From the human T2T-CHM13v2.0 reference genome, Homo sapiens: a DNA stretch of 64,000 nt. The DNA lies in the NCBI RefSeq assembly GCF_009914755.1, contig NC_060928.1. One strand, 5' to 3'. This document shows, piece after piece, positions 39,233 through 53,184 of this stretch. The notes under the pieces are model-generated. The model ran no database searches. It had not been told where the DNA came from and worked only from the letters and a program-made list of their open reading frames with translations. Positions within the stretch are counted from its first letter, which is position 1; each line of letters begins with the position of its first letter. The position numbers were made by a program, and so were the translations under genes.

Positions 39233-41849
39233 AATGGCCAGTGATCTGTGATTGAAGAGTGAACAGTGGCAGAGCTTCATGAGTGAGGCAGACATCAGTT
39301 CTAGCTTGTTCAGGCTCTTGTATTAAGAATCGGTTTTTTACTAATGCAATGAAGAATCCTGGAAATGTTGGTTGTTTGTTCTGCTTAAATTTAAGAAACA
39401 GATTTACATGACCTAATTTTTGATATGATTTATTGTTTTATTAACAATAGATTAGAGTGAAGCAAATTGAAGAAAAAGGCTTATTTGTTTTCTAGATTTT
39501 AATATATTCATTTGGGAATGAAAGTGTTTGGAAAATGAAATAGGCAATTATTAAACTGGTGTTTGAGAGGTAAAATATTTTATTTAGTATGCTGTAAAAA
39601 GGAGCATTGACTTTTAGCCTCTATACTAGAAAAGTTACTAACTGTGAAGTTTGGAAAATTAAGGTCATAGTGCACATTAGATTTTTCATGAGTTTAGAGT
39701 TCATGATAAACTCTAAAATTATAGGTTGCTGCAGACAGTTAATTAAAAAAATAGTTCCAACATTATATAACTAATACAAATTACTCTAAGACACAATAGT
39801 CACAGCAGCGGTTCTCTGCCATAATTTGAATTGCCTCTTGAATTTGAATATGATTGTCTCAATTCCTTTATTTAGTTAAATTCTCATAAAATTTTGAAAT
39901 GCCCTTCTAACTCTTCTGCGCTTGGTTTTATGACGAAATATAATCATCACATAAGTTACAAGTTGACAATCCTAAATATCTAGGTCATACATTTTCTTCA
40001 TGTGATTTATTTGGAAAACATTTTGCCTAAAATTCTGGGATACAGTAAATCCCTGAGATGATTATCACTGGTTGTCAATGTCCTAAATTCAGCTACTGAG
40101 AAAGAGCACCACTAGGTAGTAGCAATATTTACTGAAAGATCCTGTGCTGCAAACTCAGTGTGATTCCTGCCATTTCAAAGAGCAATCCTCTCCACAGCTG
40201 TAATGATTCTCTCACCTTGTAGCCCGCTGCCAGGTGATTTCTCACAGGAGAAGTTACGTTCACTTCTAGGGCATGGGTTCAGCTCTGATCTATGTTGACT
40301 AATTTGAACCATCTGAAGGCTGATTGTTGACCTCTGCTTAAAAGAAAATAAAAACTCAGTGGTTTCGAAACAATTTTAGACAACTGAAACTGAGGAAACT
40401 GGAAAAAAAAGGCAAGGCATGTTCTACCATAAAACTGTGGATGGTATCATGAATGCCACACACCTGCCCTCTGAAAATTCTTACCAGACTCTTATGGCTT
40501 GCAGTGTCTAATTAAATTCCTTAAGGGGCACAGCAATGGAAGTTCGTTTGCCTGTCTTGATGTACCTGAAGCAGCATTAATGTAGCTACTTAATGCATAT
40601 GACATAGTTAGATTGGGTATTCAGTCCTAGATGAATGATCATCCACATTAAAAATCTACGTTATGAAATAAACACATGCTTAAAAATAATGCTTAGATAT
40701 AAAGACGCTTCAAAACAAACATAATATTGGAAGTGTGCTGTGCCTTTCTGGCCACAGTCAACTTTTGTTTGCATTCCAAGTTACCCTCACTGCATTGAAT
40801 ACTTAGACAGGAAAAAGGTTGGGCATGAGCAGAGGCATTTTCAAGTGCATCAGGACAATTTTCCTTTGGTCGGCTTTTAAGAAAATCAAAACAATTAATA
40901 AGGAGACCCACAGGAACAGTTTTTTGACATTTTGAAAATTTCACGAATGTTAAGCCCCACGATGCAATTTCTTTTTTCTACCTCTCAACAAAATTTAAGG
41001 ATCTCTTACAGAAAGAGGGTGCTTAAGAATATGCAACTTCTCTGGGTAATCAGTCCTTACCTAGTGATTAAATAGTCTGGCTCCAAACCACCCAGCTCAT
41101 TGTTTTTTTACCCACAGTGTGAAAGAAAAATCATCTTTGTGCCAACCCCACATCATAAAAAACCCTAACAATGTGTTGAGTGTGACTTAAGAGCCCATAA
41201 TGCATTTTTCATGAAGGTAAGGAAAATCCATTAAGGAGATTAATTTGTGTTTGGAGAGCCTATCCCTCTACAGCCAAAAATATTTGTTCTGTTAACTGCA
41301 GTTTGCTGATACACTATGATAGTGCTGCAGCCTAGTAAAGACATTGCTATCTATACCATTATATTTTCTGCAGATGGATTGTTTATGAATTATTAAATAG
41401 CTATTTCTTGAAGGAAACTGTAGGTTATAAAACTGTCTTTTTTCCTTTTGCTAATTATTATAGTTAATGGTGTTAAAAAGGCTAATTGAGGCCTAATGTT
41501 TTCTTCAGTAACATTTATGTTAGGGAAACCTCCTCTTTCATACCCAGGTAATGTTCATTTGCTACTATTCAGAAAGAACTTTCTAGGAAAAAGAAATATA
41601 CTATCTATAATGCATTTTATAATTGGTTACCAACATTGTGCATTTAGCCATTTGATAACCTTGAAGAGAGGGACTTAAACGACTTGAGTTAAATTCTATA
41701 GTTAAACTTTTTGAAATAATAAGATAGACCTTTTATGTTATAAATAAATCACTTGAGTCACACAAACTCATTATGGTGAGATGTGATCCAAGGAAGGAAG
41801 AAGATTGTACAGTTTTATTCTTACACCACCTCCCAATGATTCAAATCAT

Positions 41850-42021
41850 CAGTGGTTCTCAGCTTTGCTCATGGCTATTATCTGAAGCTCTTAAAGAATA
41901 CAGATGCTTAGGTTCTGTCCTCTTAGTTTCTGATCTCACTGGTCTGGGATAGAGCCCAATGATTAAGAGTTTTCAAGTTTCTCCAGGTAATTCCAGTATT
42001 CAACCAAAGTTGAGAACCATT
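41850..42021. mobile_element. MER5-family (hAT-Charlie) MITE
   Basis: Inverted ends CAGTGGTTCTCA / TGAGAACCATT. Internal TCTGATCTCACTGGTCTGGGATAGAGCCCA. Confidence 0.8.
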
Positions 42022-42529
42022 ACACTGGAAAAAGAATAAAAGATTCTATGGGATTTATTTTCTAGTAATGGACAGAGGGAATACAAAAAAAGCAAAGTCA
42101 GTTGTTTCTTTTTTCAACATTTCTATCAACCAGCCTGGTTTCATAATTTTCTTCTTAAGGCTCTTCTAACTATGGATTATTAAGGAGGAATATTGTTGTT
42201 AACCAGGAATAGGAAGCATATGAGATCTGAGACTCTCAATTTTATAGCTGCTTTGTGCCTCAGAACTCTGAGAAGGAATAAGGACTATTACAAACTTTTT
42301 GACCAAGATGTTTACTGTACAATGACACACACCTGGTCAATCTAACCTAAGCTCCCCTCTTCGGGCTATATTCTGATGCAGGGATTTTTCTCCCACAGAA
42401 AGGGTGACCTTTAATTCATGCCAAGGTGGCACAGAAGATAGTGATAGACCTCCATGAAAGGGAAGACTCATGTTGTAGATTCAGTTATTAGGTTAGCCAA
42501 GAGAAGGTGCAGTTTCACCAACTTATATG

Positions 42530-45300
42530 CAGGAATACCTCAGAGATATTGTAGGTTCAGTTCCAGAGCACCACAATAAAACAAGTAATAGAAACTTTTT
42601 GACCCCCAAGTGCATATAAAAGTTATGTGTACACTATATTGTAGCCTATTGTGCAAAAGCATTATGTCTAAGAAAAAATAATTTGCATATGTTAGTTGAA
42701 AAATACTTTATTGCTATAAGATGCTAATGATCATCTGAGCCTTCAATGAATCATAATCTTTTTGCCAGTGAAGGATCTTGCCTCCATGTAGATGGCTGCT
42801 GACCAATCAGAGTGATGATTCCTTAAGTTGGAGTGGCTGTGAAAAAATTTAAAAATAAGACAAGTTTCTCACATCAATTGACTTTTCCTTTCATGGAAGA
42901 TTTCTCTGTAGCATTTGATGCTGTTTGATAGGTAGCATTTTATGCACAGTAGAAATTCTTTCAAAACTAGAATCAATCCTCTGAAACCCTGCTACTTTTT
43001 ATCAACCAAATTGATATAATACTCTAAATCCATTGTCAGCATTTCAAAAAGTTCACACCATCTTCAGCGGGAGTAGATTTTATTTCAATAAACCAACTTC
43101 TTTGCTCATCCGTAAGAAGCAATTCTTCATCTGTTCAAGTTTTATAATGAAATTACGGCAACCCAGTATCATCAGGTTCCACTTCTAATTCCAGTCCTCT
43201 TGCTATTTCCACCACATCTGCAGTTACTTCCTTCACTGAAGTCTTGATCTCCTCAGAATAATCCATCAGGGTTGGAATAAACTTCTTCCAAACACCTTTT
43301 AATATTGATATTTTGCCCTCCTCTAATGAATCATGAATGTTTTTCATAGAAGCTAGAATGGTCAATCCTTTCCAGAAGGTTTTTAATTTACTTTGTCCAC
43401 ATTCATCAGAGGTATCATTATCTATGGAATTTAGAGCTTTATAAAATGTGCTTCTTAAATAAAAAAACTTGAATGTCAAAATGACTCATTGATCCATGGG
43501 CTGCAGAATAGATGTTGTGTTACCAGGCATGGAAACAATGTTAGTCTTCTTGCACATCATTTTCAGAGCTCTTGAGTGTCTAGGCACATTGCCTATAATA
43601 ATATTTTGAAAGGAATCTTTTTTTTCTGGCAGTAGGTCTCAACAGTGGGCTTAAAATAATCAGTAAACCACACTATAAACAATTGTGCTTTCATACAGTC
43701 TTTGTTGTTGCATTTATAGAGCACAGGTACGGTCAATTTGGCATAATTCTTGAAGGCACTAGAGTTTTTGAAATGATAAATGAGCATTGGCTTCAACTGC
43801 AAGTCACCAGCTGCATTAGCCCTAACAAGAGAGTCAGCCTGTCCTTTGAAGCATTGAACCCAGGCATGGATTTCTCCTTTATAGCTATGGAAGTCCTAGA
43901 TGGCTTCCTCTTCCAAGTCAGTTTTTTCTATGTTAAAAATCCATTGTTTAGCGTAGCTACATTTAACAATTACCTTATCTAGATATTCTAAATAACTTAT
44001 AGAAGCTACAGCTTCTATAACAGCACTTTCTTCTTCACCTTGCACTTTTATATTAAGATGGCTTTTTCTTAAACCTCATAAACCAAGCTCTACTAGCTTC
44101 AAACTTTTATTTTGACATTTCTTACCTCTTTCAACCTTCACAGAATTGAAGAAAGTTGGGGTCTTGCACTAGATTAGGCTTTGGTTTAAGAGAATGTTAT
44201 GCCCAATTTGGTCTTTTATCCAAATCGCTAAAACTTTCTCCATCAGCAATAAGGCTGTGTTGCTTTCTTATCACTTGTGTGTTCACTGGAGTAGCACTTT
44301 TACTTTTCTTTGGGAATGTTACTTTTGTATTCAGAACTTGGCTGTTTGGCACAAGAGGTCTAGTTTTCAGCCTATCATGGCTTTTGACATGCCTTCCTCA
44401 CTAAACTTAATATTTTCTAGCTTTTTATTTAAAGAGAGATATGCGGCTCTTCCTTTCATTTGAACACTTACAGGTCATTGCAGAGTTATTAATTGGCCTA
44501 ATTTCAACAGTGTTGTGTCACAGGGAATAGGGAGGCCTGAGAAGAGAGAGAGAGAGATGAGGAATGGTCAGTCCCAGGGTAGTCAGAACACACACAACAT
44601 TCATCAATTAAGTTTGCCGTCTTATTTGGGTGTGGTGCATGGTGACAGTTACCATATTAACATATTAATTAAAAGAGTTGCCATATTAACATCAAAGACC
44701 ACTCATCACAGATCACTATGACAGATATAATAATAAGAGCTTGAGATATTGTGAGTGTATTAGTCTTTTTTCAAACTGCTATAAAGAACTACCTGAGACT
44801 GGGTGATTTATGAAGAACAGAGGTTTAATTGACTCAGTTCTGCAGGCTTAACAGGAAGCATGACTGGGAGTCTTCAGGAAACTTACAATCATGGGAGAAG
44901 GTGAAGGGGAAGCAAGTACTTCTTACTATGGCAGCAAGAGAGAGAGTAAGCGAAGGTGGAAGTGCCACACTTTTAAACCATGAGATCTCCTGAGAACTCA
45001 CTATCACAAGAACAGCATGGGGAAAATCTGCCCCCATGATCCAATCGCCTCTCACTGGGTCCCTCTCCTGACATGTGACGATTACAATTAGACATGAGAT
45101 TTAGGTGGGGACACAGGGCTGAACCATATCAGTGATAATTACTAAAGTGTGACACAGGGACACAAAATGAGCACACGCTATTGGAAAAATAGTGCAAATA
45201 TACTTGCTAGACACAGGGTTGCCACAAACCTTCAATTTGTAAAAAGTGCAGTATCTGCAAAGCATAATAAAGCAAAGTGCAACAAAATGAGACTTGCCTG
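42530..45300 (-). mobile_element. Near full-length Tigger1 DNA transposon with decayed pogo-like DDE transposase
   Basis: TIRs CAGGAATACCTC and GAGACTTGCCTG with TA at 45301. About 2.39 kb after removing the nested LTR. ORF fragments 43153..43479 ([10 protein letters not shown]...[17 protein letters not shown]) and 43593..43802 (KPMLIYH...FKPTVETYC...IPFKILL) resemble Tigger1/TIGD1 transposase. Confidence 0.93.
44756..45131 (-). mobile_element. THE1D/MSTA-like MaLR solo LTR nested in Tigger1
   Basis: TGTATTAGTC...GAACCATATCA, 376 bp, TSD GTGAG/GTGAT. Tigger1 continues on both sides. Confidence 0.9.
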
Positions 45301-45854
45301 TAGTTTGGACTCCGAAGGAAAGATGCAACCCAAGCAAATAGCAGATGCAACAAATTTAGTGTAGCCTTGGGCATCTACATATAGTCCTCACACCCATTCT
45401 GCAGCCATTCTTGACTGAGCTCTGGAGGCCAGAAGTAGGAATGCAGCAACAGCAAGAAAAAAATAAAAGAAGTTTAAGAAAGCACCCAAAGTTTTCTGAC
45501 ACAGCACAAGCTGAGATGTGATCTTACTAAATGGGATATCTTTGTAATTATCATTTTATATATGAGGAATAAATTCCATGTTTAACAGACAGGTGTTTGA
45601 AGTGGCTACTTTTTCATTGGGTAAACTCATAAAGAAGAAATGTGATCCTATAGAGTCTTAATGGAAAGGATTACATTAGATATGTAGAATTCTTTAAGAT
45701 TTATGGAAACACACACACATGCACCCTACAAAAACACACAATGTGTACTCAAACTCATACAACAAGTGTGTGTTTATTTTATTAGTATTTCTGGATGTTC
45801 CAACCATCTCATGTTTGTAATGTGGGAAAGTGAAGGAGATAATGCAACAAAATT

Positions 45855-46085
45855 ATTAAGAACATGGAGTTTGGTGTCAGATTAAATAAAATTTTAATGT
45901 GTGTAACTTTGAGAAATTTACATAACTTTTTGCATTCTAGTATTCCTATTAAGTAAGCAGGATGAGAATTTCAAGGGTGCCTACAATATATGGTAGTTGT
46001 AAGGGCTAAATGGGATAATCCACGTGAGAAGCTGAGCTCAGAGTTTGGCACATAGTAAGTGCTTAATAAGAATTGGTTATGATAC
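45855..46085 (+). mobile_element. MIR SINE
   Basis: TGTGTAACTTTGAGAAATTTACATAAC core and 3' end GTTGTAAGGGCTAAATGGGATAAT...TGGCACATAGTAAGTGCTTAATAA. Confidence 0.75.
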
Positions 46086-49000
46086 TTTTTATTAATCAGT
46101 CCTCAATCTAAGTTTTAAAAAGAATAATAACCCATTAACATTAATTCATTGCCAACATATTACAAAATACTCCAGAAGTGTCTGCATTACAAAGTAGCCT
46201 TCCCCACCAAGGGAGTGCTTCCTTTTCAATGTTTTGCAGTTAAATAAAATCATAAGGTTTGAGAGAGATGGTTTTTTAAAAATATTGGCAGGGGGCCTGG
46301 AATTTTTAAAAAAATAATAATAATTCTTATCGTCCTTTCAATCATCTGTGCCTCTCCAATCACTGCCAAAACACTTCTTTGTTACCATAGAGACCCATAG
46401 CGATTATTCATATATTAAATAACAAAAGTTGTTCAACAAGAATAGAATTGAGGACAAGGCACTCCTGTTTAAATTCCTTAGTTAGATTTAGTTTTGCCAG
46501 AATATAGTCCTGAAGATTTGAACATATGGAGTCTTCTGCAAGTTTAATCAGAAAGCAAATTTTGGTCCTTGAAATACACTATAACCAGTATATTGCATAA
46601 GTGGGATTCATCGGGTATGATTAGAAATTATATTTTCTTCTTTAATGATTGCCCCAGCATAGCCATTCTCTATTAGATAGTTCTTGCTTACATTGGTGCA
46701 TACAATCAAGAGATTTTTCTAGATGCTCTCAGATAATAAAATACTCTTTGGTGGTGTTAATCTCTCAGACAGTCTCAATTCATAATGTTCTTTTATTATG
46801 TTAATGTGCTTAGTACTATAAAGTAGTAAAAATCCTATACTCCTTTTAAAGGAAAATCTCCTGGTCTCTACTGGTTTTCTGTGTGTATTTGTGGTGGATG
46901 AGTTTCCAGTATGCACAGTAAACCCACTCTAAAGAATTCCTCCAAATTCCAACATTCCTACCTCCTCAATTTTACCATCTAAACAGGTGAAAGGGTTAAG
47001 AGCCAAGACCACAAAGGTGTTAACCCCCACCCTTGGCACACACCGCATAGGTGTTTTATTGAACTTTATTTTAAAATTAGGGAGAAACTGGGGTTTAATG
47101 TTTTGGAAACTTAGTTGAAATGCTTTGCTTTTTAACATTCTGTTGTATAGACTAATAAACTGTGCAGTATATCTTCTTATAATAGATAGGACAAGGGCCA
47201 GATATTTTAAGGCAGTTTTTTTCTAGTTCTCCTGTTTAGTTTGGCTATACTAACTTTTGTTTGCATGCTTTCTAATTAGTAAATTATCATTTAATTCCAT
47301 GCAGCCATTCTTTAAGACAGTAATGTGAGATGTTACCAGAAAAAAATTAATACAGCTTCTCTAAATTACCGAGTGCTGTAGATACTGTATTTCTTCTACT
47401 TTCCCTTCCTTCCTCTTTTTCTTTCTCTCCTTCTTCAACAAAAATAATAAGAACAACTATTAACTTAAAACTTTCTCTTTCTCAGGCAAAGTATTGAAGT
47501 GTATATATTAACCCTTGAAATTTGACTTAAGCATAATATTCAGCAACACTAAATATCCCACTATAATGTATATCCAGAGAGTGAAGTCCAAGAAGCAAAC
47601 GTCGTAAGTTTCTGCCAATGCTTCAGAAAATTAATTCCTCTAAGCACAATTATTTATCAGTTTCTATTTTCTGATAAAACTCTGGACTACTTTTGCAAAG
47701 TTGCCATGGGTAATTCTTATTACTTTGAGAAGAGAGGAAGGCATTTTGTTCATGTAAGAATCCGGGAAATTTTTGTCCAGCGGAAAATATTCCATTCTTT
47801 CTTTACAAACTGCAACAGCAACACCTCCCACCTGTCAGAGTTATATATTCACCAACAAGAGAGTTTAATCATTTTCCCAAGCTTGTATGGTAGGCTCAGG
47901 CCCCTCCTCATGCAGCGTACAATGTGGAGGAAAGTACATATGCATGAGGAAGAGACTCATTAACTCTATGGCAAGTCGTGGTTCAAAGTACCTATTTTGT
48001 GGAGGATCAAAAAGGTTATGTAACTCTCATTTTAATCAACATTTCCAAAATTAGACTTGTTTTCTTTTAAAAAGGACGGGGGAATAAAAGCAGAGATTAT
48101 TCCTGTTAATAGTGTCAAATACACTTACAGGCAGACATTTGAAAATAAAAAATCTTACGTGCAGATTTTCAAGGCCTTAAAGCTTTTCAAATAAATGTAT
48201 GCACCATTAGCATTCACTCAGCTATACAGGCTTTGATCTTCCTTTAAAAGAAGTGAGGGGAAGAAAGAAGGGAGCAAAATAAAGAAGTGAGAAGTGAAGC
48301 TGTCAGCAATCTGAATGCTGCCAATTATTACACTGCTTATAAAGAGCTAATTAAACTCAACTGCTTCCAAGAAGAATCATTTTTACTCTTTTTTGTGATC
48401 TCATTTTATTTGCACTGTAAAGAAACTTAATTATTGATAAGACCCATGTTGCAAGCTGAAATGTTAATGTCTTTCTACAATAATGGTACCATTCCTTTAG
48501 TACACTCCAGTTCAGGCTATCTGGTATTTCTGGGTTAAGAATTCGAGTCTAATGACATAAGCCTTAAGCTCAGTTTCAACAGTTTGCAAATAAAATGTAG
48601 AATTACTGAATTTATATCTGCTTCTCCAGTTCTCTCTCGGTATTCTTAGCAGGACATAAATATAACCTATTCATTAATATTTCCAGCAAATGAATAATTT
48701 TCCAGCAATACACTCAAGACCTGTGAGTCATTCTAAATAAATTCTTTCCTCTACCTTATCTCCCCACTTTAATGGTCAAGCCGTGTTTATAACTTCGTAC
48801 TATCACTGAAATGGTTTCCTTTCTTCCTGTTTCTACTGGCTCTCTCTTTGTTCAGGCCCTTATTTCTTCTTGGAAATTATTGAAATTTACCCTCAATTGC
48901 TGGTTTTGATTTCCACATTGAAGAGTCTCCTCAACAATTCTTTTATTACTGGAAGTGAAATAATCTTGCTTTTAGAACATTTAATAATTATAAAAAATAA

Positions 49001-49364
49001 AGTACAGAAAACTTTGCAGATTGAAATTGTGCAGATTTTGTACAGATGCATTCTTTCACGAAGTGAACATCTGTGGAACTACGACTACCCAGGTCAAGAA
49101 GTCAACACTGACAGACCACAGAATTTCCCTTCATGCCAACACAGATAGAACACAAAATTTCCCTTCATGCCACCAATTCCATAAACCCAGTGCCTATCCA
49201 AATATCTTGTTCACTTTCTATGGGATCACCTTTTTCTTACTTATGTATATTATGATAAGCTATTTGTTTGTCACATGTGTGATAAATACCTTATCCCTCT
49301 CCTTAGCTTGTCTTTTTATCCTCTTTATACTCTTAATGAACAGAAGTCTAAAATTTTGAGTGCA

Positions 49365-49976
<612 letters not shown>

Positions 49977-50930
49977 TTAATGCTTAATGTAACTTCATAA
50001 TAGCTTTTAAAATTAATTAGAATAAGTCTTTCCAATTTGTTTTTCTTTTTCAATTTTTTTTGGTTATTCTAACTGCTTTGCTGTATACTAACTTTAGATC
50101 AACTTATCAAGTTTTAATTGGGATTGCATTGGTTATATAAACATTTGGGAGAGAATCTATTTTGTACTAGTCTTTTAAAACATGAAGATATTTTTAATCC
50201 ACTTATTTAGGTTTCAAACATTTCTACTAATAACTTTTTATTCCTTTGCATAGAGGTCATAAAGGTCTTCCACATCTTTCATAATATCAAGTTATATTTA
50301 TTTGAAATATTTTAAAACTATTGTTGCTATATATATAGATTGATAGCCATTTAATTATTCAGATGTTTATGTTTAGAAATAAAACAGACACTTTATATTA
50401 AACTCTGGCCACATTTTACAAATAACATCTTAATTCCAGTAATGTATTTGTAAACTTTTGAATTTTTAAGGTACATGCTTGTAAAATCTTCCAATAATGA
50501 TATATTTACTTATGCATTTCAATTATATAACTTTTATTTCTTTTTCTTGCTATGCTGTGCTGGCAATAACATCTGTTACATTTGTAAAAAGCAGGGAGAT
50601 ATAGTAGTAGACGTCTATTTTTTTTCCTGCTCTCAAAGGAAACGTTTTCACCATTAAATACCAGGCTCATAGAATGCTATAGACACACTTTGTCATAAGG
50701 AAGCTCCTGTGTAATATTTGTCTTGTAATATGTTTTTTCTTTAGCATGAGCAGTTGTTGAATTTATCAAATCCTTTTTCTGTATCTTCTGTTGATTGTGT
50801 GATTTTTTTGTTATGTTAATGCAGTACATTTCATCAATTGACATTTCAATACTAAAATAAACTTGTAATTCTGTAATAAACCCAAAATAGTAAAAACAAA
50901 CAAACAAACAAACAAACAAAAAAACAGTAT

Positions 50931-51680
50931 TGGTATGGACAGGAGGCAGAAGGTGGGGTCCCTGGTGAGGGCTCCACCCTCAAGCCTGGAGCTATGGCTC
51001 TAAATGAGAACAGGCATTCCTGTTTTTCCGCCCAAATGTTGCCTTTTCCAAGACCACTCTGGCCTGCCCTACTCACTATGCTGTGCGCATAAGAACCTCA
51101 AACTCCAGGCTCCAAGAGCAGAATCGCGGCAGAGTGGCGTGGCAGAGAAGGAGAGAAGAGAAGGATATGAAAGTCGAAGAAGCAGCTGGACGGTGGGAGA
51201 GGAGTTCGGCCATTTCCCAACTCCAGGGAAGATTATCGTCCCACTCCATCAGCTTTCCAGCATCCCATCCCACTGAGAACCACTTCCACACTCAATAAAA
51301 TCTCTGCATTCACTGTCCGTTAAGTCCCTGTGACCTGATTCTTCCTGGATGTCAGACAAGAACCCAGGTACCAAGAGGGCAGGGTGTATGTCACCCTGAC
51401 TCTCCACTGGGCTGGTTAACACTTAAGCTATTTGCCGACCGCAACTGCATTGTTTGTAACACATGCCCTCTGGGGCTCCAGAGGTTGCAGACAACCGCTA
51501 GACACTGCTGCTGGCTGGTACAGGTGTCATTCCTGCCGGAGCCTAAAGGCACTCACTCCGGCTCCCTCACCCGCCCACTCCCTGGGTGCGCCTGCTGCCA
51601 CAAAAGGTTTGAGCTCGACCTATGATCAAAACCAGCCACCCCCTCCCCTCACGAGGGGGTCAGAGAACTCTCCTGTCTCA
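50931..51680 (+). mobile_element. Solo LTR, MER50-like (ERV1)
   Basis: TGGTATGGACAGGAGGCAG...CCACCCTCAAGCCTG...CAATAAAATC...GAACTCTCCTGTCTCA, 750 bp, GC-rich, 4-bp TSD GTAT/GCAT. Confidence 0.8.
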
Positions 51681-52922
51681 GCATCATTTTTTAATGTTTA
51701 TTGTATTTGATTCAATATATATTTTTAAACGTTTGCATCTAATTAATGAATAGGTTGACGTGTAAACATTATTTTTTATAATATCTTTCAGGTTTTGCTG
51801 TCAAGGGCTAACTTTATAAAGTGACTTGAGAGCGTTCTCTCTTTTTTTATTTACTCCTAGAGTCTGTGGGAAAATCCATTATTTCTTTTTAAATATTTCA
51901 GGTGCAATTGCTGGTCAAATAACCTAAGCATAGGGTTTTCTTTGTGAAAATATGTTACTAATGCTTTTATTTCAATGGAACTGTTCATATTTTCATTTTT
52001 AATTGGTCAGTATTGGTTGTCAGTATGGATTTTGATTTCAGAATCATTCAGTTTCATCTAAATTTGGAAATTAACCTGCATAAGATTAACCGTACTATTA
52101 TCATATTATTTATTATATATAATATATACATCAGTGATATAATAATATAATATTTGCTGTTATATTATATCGTTATTTTATTATCTGGTTGATTTTTAGT
52201 ATTCTCTCCTATTTATTACTGATATTGCTTAATTATGACCTCTTCTTTTATTCTTCTAAAGTTTTACCAATATTTTATTGTCTTTAAAAATCTTTTCATC
52301 AAATCATTCTTGCCTTTGTTAATCCTTTTGTCCCACGACTGTTTTCTGTTTCACCATGTTCTGTTGTTTTCATTATCTTTTTTCTTTTACTTTTATTTTG
52401 GATTGGCAGTGCTGTTTATTTGCTTTGTTCTAAATTTCCAATTGAATTTTAGTGTTTCTTCTTTCCCAATACATATGGCTAAGGACATAATTGCCTTTAA
52501 GTATGCCAAAAAATGTTAATATGTAGCATGTAAGCACTAATAATCATTTGTTTATGAATAGTTTCCAATATTGACTGTGATTTCTTCTCTGACCTCTGAG
52601 TTATCTAGAAATATATTGTCTCATTTAAGAACATATGATTTTCTCTAGTTACTTTTGTATATTCATCTTGTTTTATTATATTATGGTCAGATTAAATCTT
52701 CTATATTATTTTAAGTTTCTGAAGTTTAATGAAACAAACTTTAGGCCTAAAACATGGTTATTATTTTGTTTATGTTCTGTGTGTTTGAAAATAATGCACT
52801 TATTGCAATTTGAGAAATTAGAGTCCTTTCTATATCCATTAATTTAAGTTTGCAATCATGTTGTTCAAATTGACACAGTAATGGAGGAAGCTAGAAGAAA
52901 AAAAGAATAGTCAGGAATTATA

Positions 52923-53081
52923 AGCTGGGCATGGTGGCTCACACCTATAATCCCAGCACTTTAGAAGGCTGAGGTGGGAGGATAGTTTGACCCCAAGAGT
53001 TCAAGACCAGCCTGGGCAACATAGCAAGACCCCATCTCAAAATAAATAAATAAATAAATAAATATAAAACAAAAAAGAAAA
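52923..53081 (+). mobile_element. FLAM-C-like Alu monomer
   Basis: Single arm GCTGGGCATGGTGGCTC...AGCAAGACCCCATCTC with (AAAT)n tail. Confidence 0.88.
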
Positions 53082-53184
53082 AGGAATTGTTGCAATCACT
53101 CATGGAGAGGTGAGGTTAGCCTAAACTAGCCTGTTACTGGAGGATGGCGTGGGAAATGATTGTTGGAGTCTAGTAGACTTTTCT

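Noticed and set aside
43153-43802. Possible domesticated TIGD-like transposase gene
   Set aside because: Split into short fragments by stops and frameshifts inside an ordinary Tigger1 copy.
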